From Paramoeba atlantica (lineage: Eukaryota; Protista; Discosea), in contig CDRNVI010000099.1 of NCBI GenBank assembly GCA_977017575.1, forward strand, positions 1 to 64,000: a stretch of DNA of 64,000 nucleotides, read 5' to 3'. The notes beneath the pieces were generated by a model. It was not told the origin of the DNA, did no database searches, and saw nothing but the letters and a program-made list of their open reading frames with translations. Shown here piece after piece: positions 1-10,826 of the stretch (the stretch's first letter is position 1; each line of letters starts with the position of its first letter). The position numbers and the translations under genes are program-made.

Positions 1-57
1 CCCCCAAAGCCCGTATCTGAAAATGCGAAGGACATGACTTAGACTCTACCCTAACAG

Positions 58-260
58 TTGGCGCTGCAAACATCCACAAACCCAATCCAAATCGAATCCA
101 AATCATTCCTGGTTGCTCCGGATGGTCGCTGGCAAGCCAGGCCCTTCACAGACAGATTTGGAAGTTCCGAGGCCAACGTCCTCTACCAGTTTCCCCTTTC
201 CCAAGGCGGCACCAACGTGCTGTTACCAACACACTGCATCGATGAATTGTACTTCCTCAC
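58..260 (+). pseudogene. Protein-coding remnant, copy 1 of an inverted pair (possibly a retroelement RT thumb region)
   Basis: Frame SKSFLVAPDGRWQARPFTDRFGSSEANVLYQFPLSQGG is conserved in the inverted copy at ~660-860 with synonymous changes (AGG/AGA, CCC/CCT, GAT/GAC). LYQFPLSQGG loosely resembles the LYLPxxxGG motif after non-LTR RT domains. Confidence 0.4.
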
Positions 261-659
261 GGGTTTCCGAACAACAACAACAACACCGATATTTCAGTTA
301 AGGGCTTTCTCTCACTCTCTGTTAGAGATGCCAAAGAGGAGATGCCAAACGAAGAGGTGTAAGCCGGGCAAAGGGGCTTGTTCACTGAGGGTGGGGTGCG
401 GGACGGTCCTCCTAGAACTGCGTGTGGCGGAATTTTACTTAGAGTACTGAGGTAGGAGGTGGCGGCCAGGGGCGGTGTTGGAGGAGTGCCAAGAATTCAA
501 AGTTTGAATCACATGGTGCTCAGAAGGCGAGTTAAAATCCTCTCATCGCAATATTCCCGGCGGCCGCACTCCAAGAGGCTGGGCTCATAACCGACTAGGC
601 CCAGCACTCGGAGGACCATCCCGGACCCTCCGCTTACACCTCCCCGACTTACACCTCTT

Positions 660-862
660 GGGTGAGCCGTGTTGACGTACAGTTCGTCGACGCAGCGTGG
701 CAACAGCGCGTTGGTGCCGCCTTGGGCAAGAGGAAACTGGTAGAGGACGTCGGCCTCGGAACTTCCAATTTTTTTTTTTTTTTTCGGAACTTCCAAATCT
801 GTCTGTGAAGGGTCTGGCTTGCCAGCGACCATCCAGAGCAATCCGGAATGATTTGGATTTTT
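660..862 (-). pseudogene. Inverted second copy of the 58-260 coding remnant, interrupted by a poly(A) insertion
   Basis: Direct sequence match to ~95-260 in reverse orientation; the frame is broken at 756-796. Confidence 0.5.
756..796 (-). mobile_element. Tail-only retroposition scar: A15 flanked by a 13-bp target-site duplication
   Basis: tcggaacttccaa (756-768) + T15 + tcggaacttccaa (784-796). The paralogous copy at ~159-171 has a single uninterrupted site. Confidence 0.7.
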
Positions 863-1309
863 TTTGGAACACTAAGGAACGCCCGTCTACAACTCAGGCA
901 TAGACACAATTAATTACTCGTATGCTATATACAATGCTTCCTTTTACACTGAACTTGTTAGTAGTACTCCACTTGTTAGTTACATTTCACTGATGTATGA
1001 TATATACATACATATGATATGATACATACATATACATACATGTATATGTACACATGCTCATAGCTCGACCATGCACTTACCTATTTAAAGACTCTTTTCC
1101 CTTTCTACCTTTTTGCCGAAAAAAGTTGCCATGTTAGCCCAGAATGTTTCATCCAAGGGGCATTGAGGATTTCTGACCTCTGTGAAAATCATTCCGCCAA
1201 GTTGGAGCTCCGTAGAAGTTTACTGGGAGCGCCTGGGCAGGAGTCACCGCTCTAAGGAACGCCCGTCTACAACACAGGCTTCTAAAACTCTTCTAAAAAG
1301 TGGCTTCTT

Positions 1310-2520
1310 ACAAAGCGGTCAGCTGGTCACCCTCCGAAAAAGTGACCAGCTGATCACTCCCTAAAAAATTGTCTATCTGACCAGCCACTGAAAAAGTGGC
1401 CCGTTGGCCGCCCCCTGAAAAAGTGGCCAGCTGACCACCCCCCGAAAAAGTCGCATTCATCTTACGTACCGTTACCCCCCCTTACTTAGCCCCCACTTTT
1501 TGGTCCAAAACCCATACTAGTGAAGCAATGGGAGTGGTGAAGAAAGGGGAGTGGATAAGTGATTCAAAGTTCGATCAATTTATATTGTAGTTAACTATGT
1601 GGTTCTCTCGGAAATCCTCAAATTATTGAAGTACACTACGCTATCGACATTGAGCGTAGCTTTTCTTGAGTGTTGTAATACCTCATGTTGCACATTCTAT
1701 ATTTTATGTTTCTTTTAGCTTGTCTACTTTCAAAATGTGATCGCCTTACAATTCGGAGGACGGCGTAAAATACGACCTTCTTGTCTTTTATGCGGAGCTC
1801 GATCCTTCGCCTTGTCGTGGAGCTCTGGATTAATACTCTTTGGGTTAAAGAAGAAAGGATCAATGAATGTTGTGCACCACTAGCTATGGGTTCAGAGTAC
1901 ACCCTAGTTATTTTAATCGCGCGCAACGCCCTCAAGCGAAGTTTTGAAAACCCCTCCCGCTCAGGTGGGTGGAAAATCACCCCGAACACTACTGGTTCGG
2001 TAAAGGGTTTCAATGGCCTCTGTCCCCCTACCGCGCCGGAAGCATTCGTCATGTTTTTATACACCACGGTCCGATTTATCATTCCTGTAGCCCGATTCCG
2101 GGAGGGAATGTTACGATTTCCCATGCGTTTTTAACATTCCACCCATGAAAATTTCTTACATCGTAAAATTTAAATGATGTCGCAGGACATGATCCATTGA
2201 ACACCAATTTAAATTTTGGAACTACAAGACGCTGTGGCGCAACTTTATGACCAAAGCGACGATGATACTGAAGACCACTGGACGTGGCTCCGCCCCGCTT
2301 TACCCCGATGCAACAGTCGGTTGCAGTGCACCCCTCCGGCTGTGTAAATAGGTGGTGCGTTGTCTGGAGAAAAATCTGACACCCCCTTACTTCACCACAC
2401 GTCCAGTGACTAAATGTGGTGAAGTAAGGGGGGGGTAACGGTATACGAAATGCAAACCGCATTTTTTGGTGGTCCGCTGGCCATTTTTCCAGGAAGGGGC
2501 CAGCTGGCCACTTTTTCAAG
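1310..2520. mobile_element. ~1.2-kb terminal-inverted-repeat element with subterminal TGGCCAGCTG(G/A)CCA repeats
   Basis: accgttacccccccttactt (1468-1487) is inverted at 2422-2442. Outer aaaaagtggccagctgaccacc repeats are mirrored at 2465-2517. Confidence 0.6.
1636..2124 (-). CDS. Hypothetical ORF inside the TIR element, function unknown
   Basis: 162-aa ORF with ordinary composition; no motif recognised with confidence. Confidence 0.25.
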   Translation of the reverse strand: MGNRNIPSRNRATGMINRTVVYKNMTNASGAVGGQRPLKPFTEPVVFGVIFHPPEREGFSKLRLRALRAIKITRVYSEPIASGAQHSLILSSLTQRVLIQSSTTRRRIELRIKDKKVVFYAVLRIVRRSHFESRQAKRNIKYRMCNMRYYNTQEKLRSMSIA

Positions 2521-3156
2521 GCCGAGAAAATCATACCCTTTTTTCGTTCATTTGTTATCCCTTAGGCGAGTGAAATGCGTTTCAAAAATATATAATTCTG
2601 CAAGTTAGTTTAGGAGCTCAAAAATATTCCCCGTACTTTCAAACAGCTGCAGTCTGTCAATTTTGGGAATATAATCAAGCATCTTCACATTTTCTTCGGA
2701 ATTGAAATGTCCATCTCTGAGCCGCAGAAAAAAGCCGTGGGACGAGGGAGGGGCATGTAAAGAGCCGCGGGCCAGAATAACATACCCCCCGGTATGTTAC
2801 CCAAGGTATAGGAATGTTAAACGGGTATGTCGTTTAGAATAGTTTTAATGCTCGCTTTAGGCACTTTTTGGGCTCGCGGAATTGACCTTAGTAAGCGAGT
2901 TAGATACTCACCGTATCTCCCTCAATTGCGGTGGTTGAAAAAAAAGTGAACAAAAACAGTGAAAATATTAAGAGGAACACACTACATGTAATATAATGAA
3001 CCCCCGGTCCGATTAGTATTACGTTTCAATTAGTATTACATTTCAATTAGTATTATATTTCAATTAGTACTTCAAAAATTCAATTACTATACCCCCCCTG
3101 CTTATGAGTTCCCCCAATTCTTGTGCGTTTATGAGTTCCTTTTTCTAAGACGAATA

Positions 3157-3321
3157 CCATCCCCCCTACCCTAGCGTTGCCTCAGTACCCCCCCTCATTA
3201 GCGTTGCTTTTTAGACTGTCTCTTCAAGACTCTCTTGCCGCGAAGCGGCGATTTTTTTTTGACCCCCCCTCCTAGCGTTGCTTTTTCCCAAAACCAGGCA
3301 ACGCTAGGATAGGGGGGATAG
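3157..3321. mobile_element. Small MITE (c(c/t)atcccccc...ggggggatag)
   Basis: Imperfect TIR catcccccctaccctagcgttg / caacgctaggataggggggatag with internal tagcgttgc repeats. Confidence 0.5.
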
Positions 3322-4169
3322 AATCTTTGTACGCACTTTTCGCGAAGCGATTTTTTTTTGGCACTTAACAAAGGGCGGTAGGGACAAATATTTGAGGAAT
3401 TTTGTTTTTCTCGAAATTGTTCACAATCAATTTACAAACGTTTTTAAGTCATTTTCATATTCATACAGCCATTTCCAGCGTCTCTGAGCGCATGATTTTA
3501 TTAACTTGTTGCACCATACATGAAATGTACAAAGAAATGTATTTCTTTAGTAACATGGTATACTAATTCACTCTATCGAAACATTTCCCACGGGTAGATC
3601 ACCCAGAAGGCCAACATTCCGGTCGACAGTGCAATAAGGCGGCGTGGCGAGACGTTCTTGTGGGCGCTTGAACGCCCCTGACGAATACTTGGGACTGGTG
3701 GCTTACTTTCGTTCTTCCCGGCGATCTGACGGAACATCGTTCATATAATCTCCCTCTTACGGGGTCTCCAGAGCAATTTCGACGCTTTGATCCACATGAA
3801 ATCAACATTTTCTTACCTGACAAACGGAGGTGACGATCGCAGGAGGCCAAATGCGTCCCTGAGTGAATGAAGGGTACCGGGGCGCCCGGGCTGGCGGCTG
3901 GCTCCTTCAGGAGGTTGTACCTCCTTGAATGTGCCGTACACGTAGTAAACAATTTCTATCGAGCTTTGTTTCAGGTAGAATCACACTCTGGATTCAATTT
4001 GTAGTAATTTACTACATGGGTAATTGGTGTAGTAAATTACTACATTTGAATTGAACATTACTACATCTTTTGCCATAGTCTGCTGTGACGTATAAATCCC
4101 TCGACACGATAAGGCACCCCTCTAAAATCAGTAGAATAAGTCCGTTTGAGCTAAGTCTTGTGGCATTTT

Positions 4170-5120
4170 GCTGATCTCAGTAAATAGACTTTGCGCGCCT
4201 TGTAAACTTATCTACGAAAGGGCAAAAGTGTCTCGAGTCTACGAAACACCTAAGCTCGGAGGTGTGACGCGTTGGATGCAGGACAAATTTACATGCATAA
4301 AATACTTGGGGCAAAAACTTGGGGCAAATACTTGGAGCGCGGTGCGGGCGTAGTTGGTAGACGGTGGGCCTTAAAACTTGCAGGTTGTGGGTTCGATTCC
4401 CGCTATCGACAAAACTCGCAACCTGGCGGCCTCACTACAAAGGGAAAGCGATCAGGAGTGCCTTCAAGGCCCACACCCAACCCCGCTCCCCTGGAGGACC
4501 GACCCGGAACCGTCGAGCTGAACCAGGCTCCAGCGCAGCCGCTAAATTGCGAGCTGCCTACGCAAAGGAGGCTTGAGACACAGCCTACACGATGCAACGG
4601 GGTTGGACGCCCGTCCTGGTAGCTACGGTTGGGTAGCCGTGCTCGGGCCGCAAGGCGTCGAGTGCCGTCTGGGAAGGGGGTAGCAAGACAATGAAGGTCA
4701 GTGACCTGAGGCTCTACCCTAAAGGCTGGCCCTGCAGAGCCCTCCGTGTCTTCTTCTGGGGCAAAAAGTTGTAACGATTGCAAAGTTCGTAGCGGAAATT
4801 TGTCTATAAACGAGAGCACCACCTCCATCAATCGAACTTTGCTATAAAATTTTAAAAGATGAGGGAGCAATTAAATTAATTGTCGACCAGGAAGCCTCAT
4901 TCATTTCAGAAACTGCACCTATCCAGAATGCGCTTGCCGCGTTCTCTGACGCTTCTCTTAATCCAACTGTGTCGAATGTATTTCGTATGCTCAAGCGCCT
5001 TCATGACGAAGTTGAAAGCCTTGAGAACATTACTGAAGCCATTTTCAAGCATTCCGAACGGCTACGATGTTATCACGCATGGGAATTCTTTTCTCATGTA
5101 CTATGGTTAGATCCATTGTT
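4170..5120 (+). pseudogene. hAT-like transposase remnant interrupted by a SINE-like insertion
   Basis: ETPKLGGVTRWMQDKFTCIKYLGQK matches ETPKLGGVTR in ORF 26271-27956. Removing 4318-4767 restores the frame ...KYLGQKVVTIAKF...VDQEASFISETAPIQNALAAFSD...FFSHVLWLDP, which aligns with 61840-62040. Confidence 0.65.
4318..4756 (+). mobile_element. tRNA-headed SINE-like insertion (~440 bp) with an 11-bp TSD
   Basis: TSD tggggcaaaaa at 4307-4317 and 4757-4767. A-box-like tagttggtaga and B-box ggttcgattccc at ~4349-4400. Ends in a tcttcttc tail. Confidence 0.7.
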
Positions 5121-5498
5121 TTTGGAATGAACCAATCTCTACAAAGAAGCACGATGTTATCTATGGATACCCCCCTTGGTTACTCAATGTGATTTTGTTC
5201 TTTCTGTTATGGGACACAAATTTAACTGCCGACAACGGTTGATGATAGTGGTTGCACAGAGGAAGGGGTGGTTTACGATGCAAGAATGTAATTTACAACT
5301 AGCATCGTCATCCAACACACGAAAACAACCTTTTGATGAGTGTTGTTAGGGCCAGGCTTCGAACTTGCTTCCCCATTACGGGGTTGTGTCCAACATTCGA
5401 AGAAGGTACCTTTTTACAGAAACGGTATCTTTATCGTTTGAGTAGATTTCCTACTCCTGTGCCTCCATCTAAATGACTGCTATTTGTGTAACATGTAC

Positions 5499-6207
5499 CT
5501 ACAAGTAAATAAAGCACAAGAGAAAAACAATGTCAACTGAATAAAACATGTGCGTATACACGTCCGGTAACCGAGGACGGTGGCGGGTGCTCTTTCGTTT
5601 CGCCTTTGTTGGGCTACTCAAGTGCATCGCGCAGAGAACTACACCTATGTGGCGAATAGAGGGAAATGATAGGGTCGTTCGTGGCCTCGCCGCGTACCAA
5701 ACGCAAAGTGCATCGGATAAGGATTCTTTCTCCGTTAACAGATTCCCCTTATTGACCCGACCTAAGCTAATTAGGTACGCCGGCCCCTCACGTTTGCAGT
5801 ATTTTTCTATCCTTCGTTTCAAGACGTTTGATTTTGCTTGAAAAACGTCGAATTTTTTTCACATCTGCATATTTTCTTTGCGTGTTATGTTGCGGAGCCT
5901 TGTGAACGTCAAGCGACCCTCTTGCCACTGAAGAAGGGATTGGATCGATACTGTCCTCCCCCACGCGGGTTCCGACTGAAGTGGTGATAATCGGTTTATC
6001 ATAGTCGGACAGCTCACCGACAACAATCAGACCGGTGATTTCCTTTTCCACGCGGGTTGCAACTGATGTTGTAATTCTCGGGGTGTCGTACAGCCCGAAG
6101 TCAGAAACCTCATTCTGTGTAACCTGTGGGGCGTCATACCCGTCTGCATCAAGACACATGAGTTTTCCATTCAGAAGGCGGATTAGACCATCTTCTGGAT
6201 GATACAT
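5499..6207 (-). pseudogene. Two overlapping ORFs, probably one frameshifted gene of unknown function
   Basis: ORFs 5788-6207 and 5499-5822 overlap on one strand. Internal protein repeat DTPRITTSVATRV / DKPIITTSVGTRV. Confidence 0.25.
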
Positions 6208-6492
6208 TGGTCAATTGGCGTACGAAATATTAAGTTTTATAGCAAAAAAAATGCGAAAATCTTGAAAAAGACGAAATGTGAACGTAGAAAAATCACGTAA
6301 ATATATTCTAGCTGCGTTAATATGGAGATAATGAACGAAAACGCATTTTTCTAAGGTGCACAACGGACGTACATGTCGTGTCGCAAAGGAATTAGTTAAA
6401 AAGCTCCCACGAGCCGCTCAATCAATTGCGGGCAGTAAATGTGAACGGGGGTGTAGTATGCAGTGCGCTCGATATACATTTCCATTGTTCTA

Positions 6493-6833
6493 AAGGGGGG
6501 GTTCGTCTATTATTAACAATATTTTTTGTTAACAATAGACGGTTTGTTAATAATAGATGAAATAATAGCCCCGTTTTCTATAATAGATGAACTTTTCATC
6601 TATTATTAACAATCGACCTTTTAGGCTTGTTTCCTACCCTTTTCCGCACGAATAACCCCATTTTTACGAAAACAAAAGCTCCATGAAAGTTGGTTTTAGC
6701 GCATTTTCCACTAGGGAAGCTGCAAAAAGTGAAGGAAATTAGTTCTTGTTAATACTAGATGAATATTAAGAATAGATGAAATAATACCATTGTTAATAAT
6801 AGATGGTTGTCAGTAATAGACGAACCCCCTCTT
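6493..6833. mobile_element. MITE with TA TSD and internal aatagatgaa repeats
   Basis: TA|aagggggggttcgtctatta ... taatagacgaaccccctctt|TA. Confidence 0.6.
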
Positions 6834-8520
6834 TATTATGATTTATCTTCACTCTTTTCTTTGTTTGCCAAGACTCGAGGTCTGGCCAAAAAAAAGTAAA
6901 TAAAAAATTAAAAAAAAATTGTGATCTTCTTGCGCGAATGATTTGGAGGTCGTGGAAAAGTGGAAAAGGAGACAGTGGGTAGGGGAAAAGAAGCTAAGCG
7001 GAAAACGGGTAAAGGGAAAGTGGGTAAATGGAAAGTGGGAAAGGGAAATTCAATATGTGGAAAGTCGTTAACGGAAAAGCGGATAGGTGGAAACGCGTTA
7101 AGGGAAAAAAGCGGGTAAGATACGGGAATGTTAAGAAATGAAGTAGGAAAGTCAAAAAAGAAATTAACAAAAAGGCGGCATTTCAGGTGGCAAAATAATA
7201 AACAAAATGGAATAATACTGTGGACCGCCCCTTTATGCTTCATTGGTCAGACCCCCCCTTTATACTTCATTTTTCGTGTGCCCCCCCCCGAAGGGGGGAC
7301 GATTATTTCTTAAAAATTTCGTAATTTTTCGAAAAACTTTGAAAAAAAACAAGAACGTTCTAAGTCTTCCCTTCTAGAAATGGAAGGTAATATAAAAGGA
7401 AAGACAGGAAAACTGGATGAGCCGCGCCGGTTTCATCCCTCCCCTTGGTGGACGGTACTTGGATTTTACCATAATTTTACAAAACCTGCTCTCAAAAATG
7501 AATTTCTCAAACTAGTGTTTTCAAATTCTTAAAACAGGCTAAAAACCCCAGGAACGCAAAGGTCTCAAAATTGTGAACGAAAAAGTGGTGCTGCAATCCC
7601 CATGAGTCTCCGCACGCGAAAAACAAGGGGGGGTGCCTTACTCTTGTTGAGGGGTTTAAAGGGGGGGGTCACAGAAAGTGTATTTCGGAATTCATAATGG
7701 GTTATTGTGCCCCCCTGCACAATAACTGGCTCTAGGCACAATAACTAAATATTGGAAAAACCAAAAAAGGGTAAAAACAAATTTGGCGCCACTTCGCGGC
7801 GCCTTTTTTATGGACAAACATGTACATCTATTTCAGGAATGCGTTTCTATTTCACAACATTCTATTTCAGGAATGCGTTGTTGAACAAACAAAGTCAATT
7901 TCGAGAAAATGTAATAAAACCCCCCAAAACAATATGGCGCCGCTTCTTGTTTGGGGGAGGTACAATAATAGCGGTCGTTTCCACTTATTGCCCCCCCCCC
8001 CCCCCTGCACAATAAGTAACTATAGGCACATTAACCCGGAACAAAACCAAGCGTTCCAACTTATTGTACTCCCCGGTACAATAGCGATCTACAGGTACAT
8101 TAAACCGGACCGGGGGTTGTTTCTGTAATCATAATCTTACGTTTTGAATGTTGGTGACTCCTTTAGAGCTACGCTTACACAAGAAGAATAATAGCAGATA
8201 GTAGAAGAGAGTAAAACTTTTTTCCCAGAGTTTCTTCAAAATTTGCACCCCCCCTATTTAATTGTCCTTTTTCCCGAAAAGCGGTGACAATTAAGTAGGG
8301 GGGCACAGTACTAAAAAATTGTAATAATAAGTGTCCGCGGGCTTTAAATGTTGTTTCCAATTTTCTCTGTTTTGTGCGTTGTGCTTCCACGTAAGCACCG
8401 GTGTGCCTATTCTTTCTGCTGCTTTATCGATTGCTGTTTTAAAGATATCCACACTGCGTCTTTTGGATTCATGTTTGCTGTTGTAACATGTAAATGCAAC
8501 TGTTAATGAAGTAATTAATT

Positions 8521-9411
8521 TCTTTTTTAGGCTCTTCGTTATACGCGGTGGTTGCTTTCAACTTAGAAGTCACTCATGCTGCGCGCTTCGCGTTGAAAAC
8601 TACCGCCGCGTTTAACGAAGAGCCTAAAAAAGAAAATTTAGCCTGGAAAACGGAAAGATTATAGCCAAAAATAGCCGAATTTCGGGTACAAATGGGGTCA
8701 TTTTCGCATATTTTTGCTCTCAGAGCACTAAATCCGACATTTGCGCGTGGGAAATCACTCGCAGGCATGAATGAAAGCCTATCGAACGTATTGGGTAGAG
8801 AATGCGACTCCAACCATACCATTCTTTCGACACAAAAATGCCCCTTTAGGTCCGAAAAATACTTTTTCACCTTTTTTAGTCAAAAATGGGTCATTTTGGG
8901 GGGCGCACCACGGTTAGAAGAAGTGATACCTTGCGAAAACAACTGCGTAGAAAGCTAGTGTAGGTCCCAAACTATCAAAATACAATAGGGGAAACGATTT
9001 TGGAAAAATATTTTTTTTGTCATTTTTTTCGCCAAGTTGAAAATTTTTTCAAAAATTTTTTTCCGAAAAAATCCGAACTTGGCGGACCCGTCCTGCGGAT
9101 ACGCGGGGGGGTCACCCCCGGGTAGGGGGGTGGAAAATGCGCGCCAAGACCCCGGCTACCCTTTCTGCGGTTTTTTTTTCGAAAACTAATTTTTTCGAAA
9201 AAATTTGCTCGACCATGCCCCACCCCCCTGGACCCCCCCTATGGACCCCCCATTTTTTTCAAATTTTTTTTTCAGTTTTGGACCACCGGAGCCCCCTTTT
9301 ATATTTTTTTCTTCTATTATATTACTGTGTTCCCCTTTATATTTTCACTGTTTTTGTTCACTTTTTTTTCAATAATCGAGTGTAGAGCGGTAGTTTTACA
9401 ACCACCGCAAT
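8521..9411. repeat. ~900-bp dispersed non-coding repeat with a ~110-bp terminal hairpin, copy 1
   Basis: Hairpin arms tttttaggctcttcgtta(t/a)acgcgg / ccgcgtttaacgaagagcctaaaaa (8521-8633). The body recurs at 9900-10556, 37570-38275 and 62901-63796, and in part at 2924-2990, 10565-10619 and 29128-29510. Confidence 0.8.
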
Positions 9412-9819
9412 ACTGCATACTGTCGAGAGTTTATCGCAAAAGTGTCTACAAATGCGAATTAAAAAATATTTTTTTAAGTCAGAAGCAAAAAAAGAACTTT
9501 TCTTAAAAAGAAAAATGTCAATGCATTGAGAAAAAAATGTAGTAATATGTATCAATTTGTAGTAAATTACTACAAATTGAATACAGGGTGTGTAGAATTC
9601 AGTGATGTATTGACGCGAAAGAGTATTACAAAACAAACGTATTTGAGAGTTTGGGACCCCAGCTACCATTCTACGACGCTTTATTCGACAGATTAGCCTC
9701 CTACCCCTTCTGGTAAGGCATCAAAAACGGCCCAAATTCGGGGTAAAATTTCGCATTTTTCGCCTAAAAATCGAGCATTTGCATCCCAAAAAGTAGATTA
9801 TTCATGCTGTTTCGCAATT

Positions 9820-10556
9820 CTTCTTTTTTAGGCTCTTCGTTAAACGCGGAGGTAGTTTTCAACGAGAAGCGCGCAGCATGAGTGACTTCTAAGTTGAAAA
9901 TAAAAGGGGGCTGCTGTGGTCCAAAATTGGAAAAAAAATAAAAAAAGCGGGGGCTCCATGGGGGGTTCCATGGGGGGGCATACGTCGCGAACGTTTTTTT
10001 CGATTTTTTTTGCTTTTCAAAAACGCAGGGGTGCTAAAGAGCGCAGGGAAGTGTTAAAGTATGCCGCGACGATGATTTCCCCCCCCCCCCCCTCCCCCCT
10101 GGTACGCGCAGGAGGGGTCCGACAAGGTCAAAATTTCCGAAATTTTGGGTCGACCAAAAAAAAAATTTGACCCAAAAAAAAGTAAAAATATTATTTTTCC
10201 AAAATCGACTCCTAAATAAATCTCTGCCCAAAACGTTCTCTGTCTGTACGTTTGGTAGGCTTGAATTCATACCTACGAGTGATTTCCCACGCACAAATAT
10301 CAGTTTTTTTTTTCCCTTTCGCCCTCCATATCAGATTCAGTTCTCTGAGAGCAAAATTACCCAAAAAAGACCCCATTTTTATCCGAAAAACGGCTCTTTT
10401 GGGCTATAATTTTTCCGTTTTCTTCAGCTTTCCAGGCCAAATTTTCCTTTTTAGGCTCTTCGTTAAACGCGGTTGTAGTTTTCAACGCGAAGCGCGCAGC
10501 ATGAGTGACTTCTAAGTTGAAAATAACCACCGCGTTTAACGAAGAGCCTAAAAAGT
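9820..10556. repeat. Diverged reverse-orientation copy of the ~900-bp repeat, with an extra partial hairpin at 9820-9900
   Basis: Same hairpin at ~10447-10556 and the shared gagtgatttcccacgc core. Confidence 0.7.
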
Positions 10557-10616
10557 CTCCCTCAGTTATTTGAAAAAAAAGGAACCAAAACAGTGAAAAT
10601 ATAAAGGGGAACACAG

Positions 10617-10823
10617 TAACCCAGATTGAAAGGGGCGAGGGAGATACGAAGCAACAGGCGTGGCAGATTCCCACTGAAAAGAAATGGTATCTCCCGCACG
10701 AAGTTTGTCTCCGAGCTAGAAAGCGCAAAGGCTTTTCTCGTGCGGGGAGATACCATTTCTTTTCAGTGGGAATCTGCCACGCCTGTTGCTTCGTATCTCC
10801 CTCGCCCCTTTCAATCTGGGTTA
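10617..10823. repeat. 207-bp foldback: ~85-bp near-perfect inverted arms with a 36-nt loop, at the Helitron 3' end
   Basis: taacccagattgaaagggg...atggtatctcccgcacga (10617-10701) is inverted at 10738-10823 with a single extra G. Confidence 0.95.
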
Positions 10824-10826
10824 TAC

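Noticed and set aside
1780-2000. SET-domain-like KLRLRALRAIK in ORF 1636-2124
   Set aside because: The NHSC and ELxxDY motifs are absent, so the resemblance is too weak.
4340-4410. Functional tRNA genes at ~4340-4410 and 22811-22880
   Set aside because: The acceptor and anticodon stems do not pair, so they are reported as tRNA-derived relics instead.
6940-7130. G-rich gggaaag/gggtaaa stretch as telomeric repeat
   Set aside because: Irregular low-complexity purine tract with no fixed repeat unit.
10743-10757. 13-nt match GGGGAGATACCAT to the metazoan U1 snRNA 5' region
   Set aside because: Too short to be significant in 64 kb, and no other U1 features follow in order.
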